This document shows positions 1-14,400 of a DNA stretch of 64,000 bases, piece after piece. The position numbers and the translations under genes were made by a program. Source of the DNA: the human T2T-CHM13v2.0 reference genome, Homo sapiens. The stretch is taken from NCBI RefSeq assembly GCF_009914755.1, contig NC_060936.1; one strand, given 5' to 3'. A model generated the notes under the pieces. The model was not told the origin of the DNA, made no database searches, and saw nothing but the letters and a program-made list of their open reading frames with translations. Each line of letters opens with the position of its first letter. Position 1 is the first letter of the stretch.

Positions 1-899
1 CTACTTCTTCCCTTGCTGGATTTTTCAAAATCTACTGATGAATGGCTTTTTTTTGGGGGGGGATACCTGTCTCTCTTCATTGTCATCACCCATCAATGTC
101 AAAGTCAGTCATCAGTCTACAAGTCGTGTCTGTGATAAGAAGTTTCCCATAATGAAATGTATACTTTCATATACTTTTTCCCATAATGGAAAGTGTTGCT
201 TATAGGTGTTCACTGTGTATGCTCTCCATTCACCCCTTCCATAAGCACTGTACTCCCTTCTCAAATCTGGAAAAGATTAAAGGTTGAGACAAGTTGACTA
301 ATGGTTTTGCACATTATAGACAAGCTCGTTTCAGGCTAATGAAATTAAAACAAATTCAATAATGATACTTTCTGTGCAGAGCTCCTTGTAGTTTCTAATG
401 TCCTTTCTCTTACTCTGTTTTCTATTGTGTTACCAAAGATTGTATGAGGTTATCACTGTTATCCCCAAATTCTAAAATGCAGGTGGTCAAATCATTAATC
501 CATGCCATGTACTAGTTAGAAGGAGCATAACCACATTCCAAGATACACCCGAAAACTCAACGGATGGCAACACTCCATAACGTAGCACAAGGGCATGTGT
601 GGTTCTTGCATGTTAGTATATATGTGTGTTCAGAAACAGGGAAGAGAGCTGTGCATTGTGACTCCAACACGAAATGTTGTGTAAGTCCCTCATTTAATAG
701 AGCAGAGTCTATTTTCCACAAAACTATGAACTACATAGCTCACCCCGAAGGAGAAACCCATGAAGTAGGATTTAGTTACATTCTTCTGCAGTTTGTTGAT
801 AATTATTCTTGTTAGAATGCAGCAATGTGGAAATGCATTTCATGCTGTTTCATGCTGGGTTTTAAATTGCCTCTTTAACATGTTCGTGTTTGTGTCTTG

Positions 900-1433
900 A
901 AGAACCACATTCACATCACAGGCCTAAGACCACTACCTTCAGAAAGCCTTGTGTGCAAGGTAAACCTTTGGCTATCATCTGGAAACTAGGATTTTAAGAG
1001 GGTTCCCTAACTGATATGAGGGGTTTTCTGTGCCTAAATGTCTGCACAGTGTTGTTTATGCTGAAAACCTGCTTTCCTTCTGGGAGTCTGGAATTTTGGT
1101 ACATTCGAGGCAGATAATGTGACCAGAATCCGATGCAACCAGTGAGCTCATTCTGAGTCTCTAAGGGGCTTCCCTGGGCAGAACCATTACATGCATATTT
1201 CAGCACTTTTGTTTCTAGGAAACAACGTTTCTATGTGACCCTCTTGGGAGAAGGAGCATAGGAAGCCTTCACGTGGTTGCCTACAGACTGCATCTTGTTT
1301 CCTTACGATCTCACTGTGCGTCCTTCCTGCATCTCTGTAATATTTCTTAGCTGGGAGAACCTCTCTATATTGGGTCTCATGCATGCTTCCAGTGAATCTC
1401 TGAACATAGGGGTAGTCTTAGGGGCCCCTGACA
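900..1433 (+). mobile_element. MER21-family ERV LTR (5' boundary approximate)
   Basis: Motifs ctggaattttggtac...gtgaccag...tgagtctctaa..gcttccctgg, and the 3' end gtagtcttaggggcccctgaca, resemble the MER21 consensus as I recall it. Confidence 0.65.
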
Positions 1434-2111
1434 TTGTTCTACAGAGCAATTGGCTCATTCCACGAGATGGTGCTGGTTGACTTACGACTTGACAGCAGCA
1501 GTGGCTTCATTTGGGCTCAGGAAGTTACCTGGCAGGTGACGAACCTGGGGAGTGAGCTGGTTTTCTAGCATTTTCATCAGGCAGACGACCTGCGGGCACT
1601 GTCCTTTTTAAAATGGTAAGAGGTGTTTGCTTTAAAAAGCAGATGTTACAATATTTTTTCTTTCATTTTCACAACAATTTTTTTTCATTTTTTACTATTA
1701 AAAAGAACATTACATTTTTATACTTTGCCCTTTCCCATGTGCCTAATGCAAGTTGTTTAAACAGGAAAAATACACTTCGGTAATGCTCAATTTACTGATT
1801 GCATCGTGAGAGCTCCCTGGAAACTATTAAGTTCTTCTATTTAAATCCTTCTTTCTTTGTAGGGGTTACTGAACTGGTTCCCCTAGACCCCTTGTTTTCT
1901 ATGTCCTCAATTTGCCTGTACATCAAGACTGAATTCTCTAGTTAGTAAAGATGGGTTCATCGGAATATATCGTGGCATATGGCAGATGCAGCAACTTCCT
2001 AAACCTAGCAAACTGCTTCTGGGCAATCAGCTTGTCTCTGAGAATCTCCTGACCTCTTGAGGACTGGAAATGCTGCAAATGCAAATACAGTTAAATAGCT
2101 TCATTGGGCAC

Positions 2112-2128
2112 CCACCAGCAGAGGGCGA
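2112..2128 (+). promoter_or_regulatory. Candidate CTCF binding site
   Basis: CCAGCAGAGGGCG at 2115-2127 matches the CTCF core consensus CCASYAGRKGGCR and lies in non-repeat sequence. Motif only. Confidence 0.5.
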
Positions 2129-2477
2129 AAGGGCCCCAGAGTCCATATAACCACGTGTGTTTCTGCTTCATGGGCCTGAAAATGACCAGATTTCTTCCCT
2201 TGAGCTTGGCTGAAGCTTCATTCACGACCAGGCTTAGGAGCTACATCTGAGAACAGAGTGATGGATCAGGCCCCAGCATCTAAAATGTAGGTGCTGGTCA
2301 GTCACAGGAATGATAAACCCATGGGATGTCTCGCGCTTAAATTCCTTTCGTCACACCTAGAAAATGTTCAGATTTCCTCTGTCTTGGTTTGTCTTCCAAA
2401 GCTGAAACGAAAGAATGGGGTACAAACCTAAATTACCCTAATGGGATCATTAAGAGTATGTGTTACTCATTCATAGG

Positions 2478-3105
<628 letters not shown>

Positions 3106-3537
3106 CAAGGGTGGAGTCACAAAAGTGAGATTTACTTAGATTTCTATTTTCCCTTTAATTTGCTCAATTGGGATAATATTTTCTTGCCTGTGGATGAAAA
3201 TAGGCAGATCCATGACTTTTTATGACAAAACACAGCCTCAATTTAAAAATGATTCACTAATCCCAATTCTGAGCTACAATCAAAGGACAGCATTCTTCTC
3301 TTCTCCCAGCTGAAACTCTTTTGGTAGAAGTAGGCACGGTAAGTCTTTCTTTTTGCCCCTCATCATTGGCCTCAAAGTTTTCTCTCCTGGCTTGGAGACT
3401 GAGGGTTCTGAGTTTGCAGAGCAGACACAGAGGAAGGGGAAGAGATGTTGGGAGGGACAGGAAAGATGAGGTCACAAACACAGGTGTCAGCTGGCATCTG
3501 TGTGCTCCCTGGCCTGGGAGGCACTGGGTGGGGTACT

Positions 3538-3894
3538 TTCTTTTTTATTTTTATTTTATTTTATTTTATTTTATTTTATTTTATTTTATTTTATTTTATT
3601 TATTTATTTATTTAGACAGAGTTTCACTCTTTGTTGCCCAGGCTAGATTGCAGTGGTGCGATCTCAGCTCACTGAAACCTCCGCCTCCCAGGTTCAAGCG
3701 ATTCTCCTGTCTCAGCTTCCTGAGTGGCTGGAATTACAGGCACCTGCCACTACGTCCAGCTGATTTTTGTATTTTTAGAAGAGATGGGGTTTCACTATGT
3801 TGGCCAGGCTGGTCTCAAACTCCTGACCTCAGTGATCTGCCTGCCTCAGCCTCCCAAAGTGCTGGGATTACAGGCGTGAGCCACCGAGCCTGGC
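3538..3894 (-). mobile_element. Alu (AluS) with (ATTTT)n tail
   Basis: Reverse Alu body 3614-3894, preceded by a pentamer (TTTTA)n tail. Confidence 0.95.
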
Positions 3895-5790
3895 ATTTTT
3901 TTTTTTTTTTATTTTTTAAGGGATGCTTTCATGGGTTCCTTGGCAAACCTCAATTCCCCTTCCATGACTGATGATCTTCCACTCATGTGGCCCCAAAACT
4001 GTGTGACCACATCGTCTTCCCTGTTTAGCTGCTGGGCACCCCAAAGTCTACTTCCAATATCGTCTCTGTTTGAGGTCACCTTTCTGGGAATTTTTTCACG
4101 TGACATCAGCCAGGCTCCACTGACTTATTGTTTGATGTTCTAGCCTCTCCATGTGCAGCAGCAACTATCATCTCTCAGCTCTCAGAGGAGCTGAACTCCT
4201 CACCCGTCAGATCCCCCCAGAGTGAGTCAGGCCCTGGTTCAGTGTGTCTCCCACTGCAGGGAACACATATTGGGGTTTCCAGGTAGTCCTCCTGAAATTC
4301 TTTTTTCCTGAGCTGAGGAGAGAGAAGACACACTTCCCTTTCCCTCCACCCTGGGGCCTGGAATGCACAGGGCACCTGGAATTCTCTGTAGTCCATCCCC
4401 TTCCCAAGCTTTCCTATTAATTTCTAACTCATATCATTTTGTACCCTCAACCAGAGTAGGGGCTCTCCTTGTGGTCCAGCACATCGTTTGGACTTTAGCA
4501 GGTGTTGTATATTGGTCCCTTGGCCACAAATGCAGTTTTGTCCTCTGTTTACACAGGTAAAATTGCCAGGAGAATGTCCAGTATATGGGGGACAGAGTTA
4601 GAGGGAGCTATTATTCAGTTAGCGTTGAGTATCTGGGGACTTGACCCAGGAGAAACTCCTTGTGGAAGAGACTTCTGTCACAAACACTCAACCCTCCTGT
4701 GATAGTCATGATATGTTTTTGCAATGTTATCCCATGATCTAATTCACAGAGGTGGGCTCTCATTCAGAGTTCTTAGTGTTCTGGGGGCTTATTGGTTTGT
4801 GATTCCTAAGAATTGAGTTGCATGGAGGAGGAGGAGCACAGAGGAGGAAAGGGGAAGTTCCTGCAATACTCAGGAGATGGAGCGGCCCAGGCACTGTGTT
4901 CCAGGATGGGAGGACACAGCGGCATTTGCAGTGAGGTCAGGATGCCAATCAGTGTGATCATCTGTGTGTCTACCTGTTGTAGCCAGCATTTTGCACAGTC
5001 AGGAGCACTTCTGGCCCTCACTCCTGAATTTCCTTAAATGGCATGTGACTAGCCGAGCTCTGGGAGCAGGGGCTGGCAGGCGTAAGGACTGAGCCTGCCC
5101 TGGGGGAGCTCCTGGCTGGTTTTGCGCCCAAATGAAGTCCTCATTGGCCACCTTACATCCGTGCCCCCACATCTCCCCCTTTCTCGTGGTGATGTCAAGT
5201 CTCTTGGGTGGAGGGAGGACGACGCATCACTGTGTGTTTTCAGAGTCTCCCTGTTGGGTTAATTGGTCCTACAAAGGTGTCACGCTACAGCATTGAAGTG
5301 CAGAAAGATTCATTACAGTGCCTGGAGGTTGCTAGATTGGGTGGTGGCCTGTGCTATTGCTGACCTCTTGGTTCACTATGAGAATTGCCTCTGGAATGAT
5401 GCCAAAAGACTAAGGCTGCTTATTAAACTTCAGAATAGCCAGGCTTGGTAAGATTTTTGAAACATCATTTGTGTTGGTTGTCTCCAAATTCCATAAACAT
5501 GCTGAAGAATAGTCTTTGAAGTTAGTTCCTGCTCCCTGTTTTAGAGGAAGATCGAAATGGTCTCTTTAAGTGGCTCCTACATACATTTTCATTATGGAGC
5601 AAGACTTGGAGAGATCCCTGAAAATTAATTCTAGTCTAGTTCTAAATAAAGTAATGGCTTAAAATGCTTGCCCACCAAATGAAAACTAAGGAAAACAATA
5701 CCCAAGGCAACAGTAACAACACTAGCTGATTATTGTATTAAGTTCTAACGTCTAACCAGGAGAAAAAAAAACACTTTTGCATTTAGAGCA

Positions 5791-6008
5791 TTTTTTTTTT
5801 AAGACGGAATCTCGCTGTGTCACTCATTGCAACCTCCACCTCCCAGGTTCAAACTATTCTCCTGCCTCAGCCTCCTGAGTAGCTGGGATTACAGTCACAC
5901 ACACCTGGCTAATTTTTTTAAAATACATTTTTGGTAGAGGCAAGGTTTCACTGTGTTGGCCAGGCTGATCTCAAACTCTTGACCTCAAATGATCTGCCCG
6001 TCTTGGCC
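5791..6008 (-). mobile_element. Alu fragment, internally deleted and 5'-truncated
   Basis: gacggaatctcgctgtgtc is joined directly to ctcattgcaacctcc, so about 30 bp are missing. The copy ends at tcttggcc. Confidence 0.9.
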
Positions 6009-6845
6009 GATTCATTTTTAAATGCAGGAAAGTAGCTGCATGGGATCAAACACCTCAGAGGCCAAACAAGGAGCAGGGAGACACCCCAGGATTTAGCTGC
6101 TGTCACCCCAACCAAAAAGAAGGAAGCGGGTAATTGGCTCCTTCCAGTATGACACGGGTGTGACGTAGACACGTCACCCTCATCCGTTTATGAAAAGCAT
6201 GGATAGAGCATATGAGGGAGGGACCAGGACAAAACATTTTGAGTGTGGCTTGGAATTTGCGAGTAAGTTAGTAAATGGCTCATTTTCTTTGTCCTTTTTT
6301 CCTACAGGATTCCTTCTTGCTGGTGGGTGGGGGCAGGGGCAGAACTAAACTCCTCTACACAGGGGTCAGCTCCACGTGATACAATCTGGTTTTATTCAAT
6401 GTATTGGCATATCATTTCCAAGCCTACCAACTTGATGTGGGGCTTGGGGCTGCTGGGCTATTGGATGAGTGCTATCATTTTATGATTGAATCTCCTGTTA
6501 TTGCAAGGGAGGCTTTTTGTCTTCTAAGCTGATTAGGATAGCCCAGAAAGAGCACTAGGCCACTTCCATCTCACGAAAGCCCCACGCCTCTCCCCACGTA
6601 CCTCGTTCCCACATCCGATCCCTGACACTGACCCTGTTGGTTCCCATTATGGCCTCTATCCACACAGCCTCTCTCCAGTGCAAAACTTTAGTGAAGAATC
6701 TTTTCTTCTGAGAACGATGGAGATGGTGTGATGATGGCCCCTGAAGTTAGTCACAGCTTTGCACAAGCTTGATTTAATACTAGACATTGCTGAAAATGTG
6801 AAAGGAGGTGTGTTAGTGTTATTTTCCTGGTGTAAAAAGAAGTCA

Positions 6846-7214
<369 letters not shown>

Positions 7215-7277
7215 GAAGTCTGACACACTTATTAAAACAAAAAACATTACTTTCTGTGAGCTATTCTTTGTGTACAA

Positions 7278-7401
7278 TGAGATGTTTTTGAAGCATTTTT
7301 CTTATCGGTGTAAATAGCACTCACATTTTTTTAACCACTGAGATGTTTTTGAGGCATTTTTCTTATCGGTGTAAATAGCACTCACATTTTTTTAACCACT
7401 G
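7278..7401. repeat. 61-bp tandem duplication (2 copies)
   Basis: tgagatgtttttga(a/g)gcatttttcttatcggtgtaaatagcactcacatttttttaaccac begins at 7278 and again at 7339, with one mismatch. Confidence 0.95.
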
Positions 7402-7935
7402 CGTAGTATTTTATATTCACATGTATCAACTAATATTTGAATTTCTTTAGTTGATGGTCATTTAGGTTGTTTCCATCCTGAATTCATCCATTGTTTGCTG
7501 CTACAGTACAGTCTTGTTAAGCTCTATCTGGTAGGAATGGGACATTTGCCAATCGGTGACACTTAGAAGTACACGGCTTACAAAGATTCTAAGGCAGAGT
7601 CTGGGTTCAATGGGAAGAAGCTCTAGGATTGATAAGCTATGTGGATCTCTGCTACAGGGAAAAGCGAATGGTGCTATTGACAACAAGCACCTGCTCTGCA
7701 TCCTGTTTCTGCATTGTGTGGTGGGATGGGATCAGTGCAGCCCCCCGCCATTCTCCCTGTGGCCAGTGAGGCTGACATTTAGAATCATGACTCCAAAGGT
7801 TGTCTGACCTGCAGCCCGTGGTCAGCAGCCTCAACAAATCTTTACCTAGTACTGTGACTGTATTCCATTTATTAAGACAATAAGTAGGTTCTTATGAATT
7901 AAAAAATACTTGAAAAAAAGCTGAATAGCAGTAAT

Positions 7936-8713
7936 AATTAGAGAAATGCAAATCAAAACCACAATGGGACACTATACACACAAGTCAGAATGGCTATTAC
8001 TAAAGTCAAAAAAATAACACATGCTGGTGAGGTTGTGGAGAAAAGGAATGTTCATACACTGTTGGTGGGAGTGTAAATTAGTTAAACCGTTATGGAGAGC
8101 AGTGTGGTGATTCCTCAAAGAACTAAAAACGGAACTACCGTTTGACCCAGCAATCCTACTGCTAGATATATACCCAAGGGAATATAAGTCATTCTACCAT
8201 AAAGATGCATGCACCTGTATGTTAATTGCAGCACTATTCACAATAGCAAAGAGGTGGAATCAACCTAAATGCCCATCAATGGTAGACTGGATAAAGAAAA
8301 TGTGGTATATATACATGATGGAATATGGTACAGCCATCAAAAAGAATGAGATCATGGGGATCATGTCCTCTGAAGGAACACGGATGGAGCCGGAGGCTGT
8401 TATCCTTAGCAAACTGATACAGGAACAGAAGACCAAATACTGCATGCCCTCACTTATAAGTGGGATCTAAATAATGAGAAGTCATGGACACAAAGAAGGG
8501 AACAACACACACTGGGGCCTAATTGAGGATGGAGGGCGGGAGGAGGGAGAGGTTTAGGAAAGAAAAACAAACAACAACAACTATCGCATACTATGCTTGG
8601 TACCAGCATGATGAAGTTATCTGTGTACCAAACCCTCAAGTCATGAGTTTACCTGTATAACAAACCTACACTTGGGCCCCTGAACCTCAGATACAAGTTA
8701 AAATATTTTTAAA
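7936..8713 (+). mobile_element. L1 3' fragment (older L1PA/L1PB), ORF2 C-terminus plus 3'UTR
   Basis: agagaaatgcaaatcaaaaccacaatg... ORF 8219-8470 (IAALFTIAKRWNQPKCPS) is L1 ORF2 C-terminal sequence. Confidence 0.92.
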
Positions 8714-9589
8714 ACTATTTTTGTTTGGCCTCTACTCCGTAAGACCATTTAGACACTGGCTGTGTTTTTCTTTCCCCCAAAGCAAGTGTGTTTGTGATTT
8801 GTTCGAAGGCACATAAAACCACACGGTCTGCCTGCCCTCGGCGGTGGATTTCCTGAATAAACTTCAGGCAGATGGCACTTTTATGTTCTCTTATAAACAA
8901 ACCAGAATGACCAAAGTGTTCTGCAAGCGGTTCTTACCTCGGTTATATACAAATGGTTTCACAGCTGAAAGGAGTAATTGTAAAATGTCAAGGGGAATAT
9001 ATGCCCACTGGTACACCCTGCAAATGACCAGAAATAACCATCTTTGCCGGAGCAGGTTAAACACTGTGTACTTTCTAAATGTTCCTTTCTGCAGTTGCTC
9101 AGGAGTGGAAAGCTACACTTCTAATGTCCCCAGTGGAATTCAACTACCTACAGCAAAGTATTTACTACAGTTTATGAGACCTAATGATCATATTCATGGT
9201 GTTAATCTATTATGCCAATGTTCACCTAATAGGGTTTAGATGTTCTGTCATTTCTTAGCACATATTGGAATATAAAAACACAGAAAGATAGTAGCTGGAG
9301 AATGAACTGGAGGCAGCTAAGTGGACATGAAGACAGGCAAAAACCATGAAGATGGCAAGTCATATTGACCTGCCTGCATTCAGACAGACCTTTGCTGACA
9401 TATATTTTCTCATGCTAAACAAGTTCAGGAAAGAAATTGGTGGTTGTTAGATGATGTCAGCCAGTAATAGATTCTGAGTATTTCTGTGTCAGGAATGGGA
9501 CATGACACATTTTTAAGGACTGTAATCAATATCATTAATATTTATAATATGTTTTAAACAAAACCGCTACTGGTGGCATAGCCATTAAA

Positions 9590-9767
9590 GACTTGTTTTT
9601 GTAAATGACATTTTACTGGAGCATAGCCATGGCTGTACATTTGTGTGTTGTCTGTGGAGACTTGTGCCCTATAACAGCAGAGTTGAGTAGCTGAGAGAGA
9701 GTCTGTAGGGTCACAAGTCTAAAATATTTAATCTCTGGCCTTTGCAGAAATAGTTCGCTCATTCCTG
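9590..9767 (+). mobile_element. MER58A-like hAT-Charlie DNA transposon relic
   Basis: tgtttttgtaaat...gcagagttgagtag...taaaatattta.tctctggcctttgcagaaa...cctg. Confidence 0.8.
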
Positions 9768-9779
9768 ATAGAGTGTGTT

Positions 9780-9990
9780 CAACTACCTAGATTCAATTCT
9801 TACCCCTCATTTGCTAGCTCTGTGACCTTAGGAAAGCTACATCTATTTTGGAGTCTTGGTTTCCAAAACAGGTCAAATGATTCCTACCACAACACCTCAT
9901 TCATGCACATTGAGACTTAAACATGGAAATACAAGCATAGCTAGCTTTTAGCATAATGTAGTAAGAATTGGGTAAAAGTTAGAAATTACT
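9780..9990 (+). mobile_element. MIR SINE fragment
   Basis: MIR core: agattcaattct...ttgctagctctgtgaccttagg...tcttggtttcc. Confidence 0.55.
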
Positions 9991-10174
9991 TTCATCATTA
10001 ATTCTGTGTGCTTATAAAAGAGGGGTAAATGTCAAAATATTTCTCAGCAAAGGTGTCAGAGCTCCTCCCAGTTAGAATGGGCACCAACTGGAAGCTCATG
10101 GCACAGTTATGACCATGGCTCTGGCTGAGCCTCTGCCTTGCTGGGAGAGAGGGAGGGACGATTGCAGCACACTC

Positions 10175-10309
10175 TCATGCATAGTGTAATCTACAAACAG
10201 TTCACACACGGTGTAGTCTACGCACAGTTCACGCACAGTGTAGTCTACACACAGTTCACTCACAGTGTAGTCTACGCACAGTTCATGCATAGTGTAGTCT
10301 ATGCATAGT
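10175..10309. repeat. 27-bp minisatellite, 5 copies
   Basis: Units start at 10175, 10202, 10229, 10256 and 10283. Consensus tcacgcacagtgtagtctacgcacagt. Confidence 0.95.
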
Positions 10310-10380
10310 TTTAATTTTACAAATTGTTAAGATGACAGTTTCAGTTGCAATTGTGCGTGCTTTATCCTTGTATAAATATT

Positions 10381-10695
10381 GTTGTTTTTGTTTGTTTATT
10401 TGTTTTTGTTTTTGAGATGGAGTCTCACTCTGTCGCCAAAGCTAGAGTGCAGTGATACCATCTAGGCTCACTGCAACCTCTGCCTCCCAGGTTCAGGCGA
10501 TTCTCCTGTCTCAGCCTCCTGAGTACCTGGGATTACAGGCACAGGCCACATGCCTGGCTAATTTTTTTTTGTATTTTTAGTAGAGATAGGGTTTCCGTTG
10601 GCCAGGCTGATCTTGAACTCCCGAGCTCAAGTGATCTGCCTGCCTTGGCCTCCCGAAGTGCTAGGATTACAGGCATGAGCCCCTGTGCCAAGTCC
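10381..10695 (-). mobile_element. Alu (AluS/J)
   Basis: Reverse full-length Alu with a T-rich tail. Confidence 0.93.
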
Positions 10696-11048
10696 GTATA
10701 TTTATATTTTTATTGATCTTATTATTTTGCTGGATAATTTGCTGACAGATATATGATATAACCCACATTTTAGTTGTTATCATTCCTGTTTTCTAATATT
10801 GTTCATGGGAACTTCTGGCTCATCCTTCTCTCAAATTACCTGCTGGGCCACACTCTTTACCTTTACTCTTTTTTACCCAAGTTCCCCAGGACCACAGTTT
10901 CCTCGTGAGTATGAAGAAATGAGGGCTCTTTCCTGGAGCTGTATCCAGTATCTAGTATCATGAACAATACATAGGACCTTAGCGAATGTATGGGCCTCCT
11001 TCAGCCAACAATTCACTTCTAGCCTTGTGGATAGATGGAGGCATATGT

Positions 11049-11365
11049 TGTGTGTGTGTGTGTGTGTGTGTGTGTTTTGTTTATTTTTTGCTTTTTGAGA
11101 CAAAGTCTCATTCTGGAGTGCAGTGGTGTGATCCCAACTCAATGCAACCTCCACCTCCCAGATTCAAACAATTCTCGTGCCTCAGCCTCCTGAGTAGCTG
11201 GGATTACAGGCACTCACCACCACTCTCGGCTAATTTTTGTATTTTTGAAGAAACAGGGTTTCGCTATGTTGGCCAGGCTGGTATCGAGCTCCTGACCTCA
11301 ATTGATCTTGCTCACCTTGGCCTCTCAAAGTGCTTGGCTTACAGGCGTGAGCCACCATGCCCGGC
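11049..11365 (-). mobile_element. Alu with a (TG)n microsatellite in its tail
   Basis: Reverse Alu. (TG)n at ~11049-11074 lies inside the TSD AGGCATATGT (11039-11048 / 11366-11375). Confidence 0.93.
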
Positions 11366-12071
11366 AGGCATATGTATTTTGAATTGGCAGTATTAGCATT
11401 TTAATTAACATAATGCTTATTATTTTTAAAAAGTCCAAACCGTGTACAAAGATGACAGCAAAAATCCCCCAAATCATAGGACCCTAAAACCCCTATTAGT
11501 AGATTAGTGGACTATTATTTCAGTCATTTAAGAACATTTCTATACAAGGAGGTTGATGTGAATCCACAGAAAGGACATAATATTCTACTAAAAAGTATAC
11601 TCTGCAAAATATTCTTGATCAGAATGTACTAAATTTATGTGTGTTTATGTATAGCAGAGACAAGGGATCCAACATGAAACTGCTGGACTTAAATGTTAGC
11701 TAACTTGAGAGGTATTAGTATTTAAGGCATTCTGTTAAGATTGGGGGGGAAAGGCTTAAGATAAAATTAATGCAGTGTTTAGCACCATCATTAAAAATGC
11801 TGTTACTGTTGTTGTTTTACATGTTTCAAGGTCATTTAAGCTAGTCGGCTGAGTTTCGTGCTTGGAAGATGAAGGAACTACCACCCTCTCCCTTCCTCCC
11901 CTGCCTCCATTACTAATTATTTTTATTCACATTACTTTAAAGAGTTTATACCATTTATATGGTGTAGTGAATTTCCAATTCCCATGTTCATTACATTTTA
12001 GTTCTATATGAAGATTATCCTGCCTGTTTCGTCATTGGCCATTGCTTCATCTGCTTGTCATCTTCCAAAGT

Positions 12072-12392
12072 GTTTGTTTTGTTTTATTTTATTTTATTTT
12101 ATTTTATTTTATTTTATTTTATTTTATTTTATTTTATTTTATTTTTGAGATGGAGTCTTGCTCCATTTCCCAGGCTGGAGTTCAGTGGCATGTTCTCTGT
12201 CACTGCGACCTCCGCCTCCCAGGTGCAAGAGATTCTCCTGCCTCAGCCTCTGGTGTAGCTGGGATTACAGACACCTGCCACCATGGGGTTTCACCATGTT
12301 AGCCAGGCTAGTGTCAAACTCCTAACCTCAAGTGATCTGCCCCCATCGGCCTCCCAAAGTGCTGATGTTACAAGCACTAACCACCACGCCAA
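12072..12392 (-). mobile_element. Alu with (ATTTT)n tail and deleted central linker
   Basis: Reverse Alu. cacctgccaccatggggtttc shows loss of the middle A-rich region. Confidence 0.92.
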
Positions 12393-13539
12393 TCATGGGT
12401 TCAATCTACTGTATTGGATTGGAAATCTCAACATATTTATAAAAAGTAAGGTGCTATATAATTATAAGAGGTTTCCATCCATCATCTGTTCAATAAGCAT
12501 TGATTGATGGCCCTGTGTGACAGGCACTGGGATTGAAGCTGGGCCTAGACGAAGGTTTAATACCCAGTTGTTGGCATCACTGAGCTCATTATGGCCCTGG
12601 GAAGTGTTTCGTATACAATAACAGACTTCCACTTTCTGGCAGAAATTTCTTTAATGAGAAATGAAGGATTATCTCATAATTAAAGGCTGAGCTTGAAACA
12701 CGGATGCCCTTAAGGGGAGTGAGGGTGCCTTCATTTATTTAGAATCAGGTGTGGAAGCACTGGGTTCTTTCCAGAGTGCAGAAAAGGGATAAAGGATATT
12801 TAGAAAAAAATAAAAATAACAAGCGTTGCTGTGGACTTTAGGGCTAATCTGCCAATCTTTTTATTTTCCCAAAAACATGTCTTCCTTTGAAAAATATTTA
12901 CCTTTGGCCACTGAGGCAGCTCATTTATAGACAGCAATTATGAAATCATGTTCTCCTTCCAGGGGAGGGAATCTTGGAGAGAGAGGAAGTGACTTAGCAC
13001 AGTGAGCTGCTCAGCAGCTGGAAACCTAATGGAACAGAACACCATCTAACCCCTGGGAGATGCATGCAGCCACTCTGTGATTTTACAACCACAGCAGACT
13101 TTTCCTATGAGTATCCCTTGTAGGTGGTTCAGAACTCTCAGTTGAGAGGCAGCTGTGGAGAAACCAGGCCAGCTTCTGCAGGGACGTGAGTCCATTCTGG
13201 TAAGAAGAGACAGCCCTGCTTTCTGTCTGCTAGCTGTGTGTCAGGGACACTGCTACCCCGCAGACCTGCCAAGGAGTGAGGGAATAGCATTCTCCAACAT
13301 TGCTGTCTCTGCATATGTCTTTGTTACAAGGCAATGGCAGACTGCTACAGAGTGTAATGGAATGGTAAAGCTAAAATGGGTCATTTCCTAAAAACAGTGA
13401 CATCAATCTGATTCTTCAAAGCATAGAGGTACTGAAGAACAAATAGGGAACCATGTGGGCTGCTTGGTCCCTGTTGTTCACTTGTGTTTTCATTCTGTCC
13501 CTCTGTACTGTAAACTACCTGAGGGCAGGCCCGTAGTCA

Positions 13540-13880
<341 letters not shown>

Positions 13881-13889
13881 GTATCAGCC

Positions 13890-14400
13890 TACTGTTCTGT
13901 AGGTCTGATTCTGAAAACTGAAAATGGGCCTCGTCATGCTACAATCCAGGCATGGGCAGGGTTGTGTGTCCTTCTGGAAACTCTAAGGAAGAATCTGTTT
14001 CCTTGCCCTTCCTGGTTGTTGGTGGAATTCAGTTCCTTGTGATTGTAGGATCAGGGTTCCTATTTGCTGTTGTTTGCTGTAAACTTTAAACTGAGGACCA
14101 CTCCTGGTGTCCAGAGGACACCTGCACTCATGGGATCATGGTCTTGTCCCTCTATTTTCAAAGCCAGCAGTGTCAGAGGTCAAGGTCTCACCTTCCAACC
14201 TCCCTTTCTCCTTGTAAGGACTCTTGTGGTGTGTTGGGCCCACCCAGACAACCCAGGGGCATCTTCCCATTTCAATATCAACTAATTAGAAATCTGAATT
14301 CCATCTGAAAACATAATTGTCTTTTGCTTTGTAAGGTAACATATTCATAGATTCTGGGGATTAGAACCTGGATGTCTTTGGAGGACCATTATTCTAACAC
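13890..14400 (-). mobile_element. MLT1D/E-like MaLR LTR
   Basis: gtaaggtaacatattcatagattctggggattagaacctggatgtctttggaggaccattattct is the reverse complement of the MLT1 5' end. Confidence 0.75.

Noticed and set aside
3321-3971. 216-aa ORF and similar ORFs at 2587, 6843, 10986, 26450 and 36585
   Set aside because: These are translations of antisense Alu and simple-repeat sequence ([26 protein letters not shown]), not genes.
10096-10309. CRISPR-like array or repeat protein (ELCVDYTV)n
   Set aside because: The units are contiguous with no unique spacers, there are no cas genes, and the context is primate. The 9-aa periodicity just reflects the 27-bp unit.
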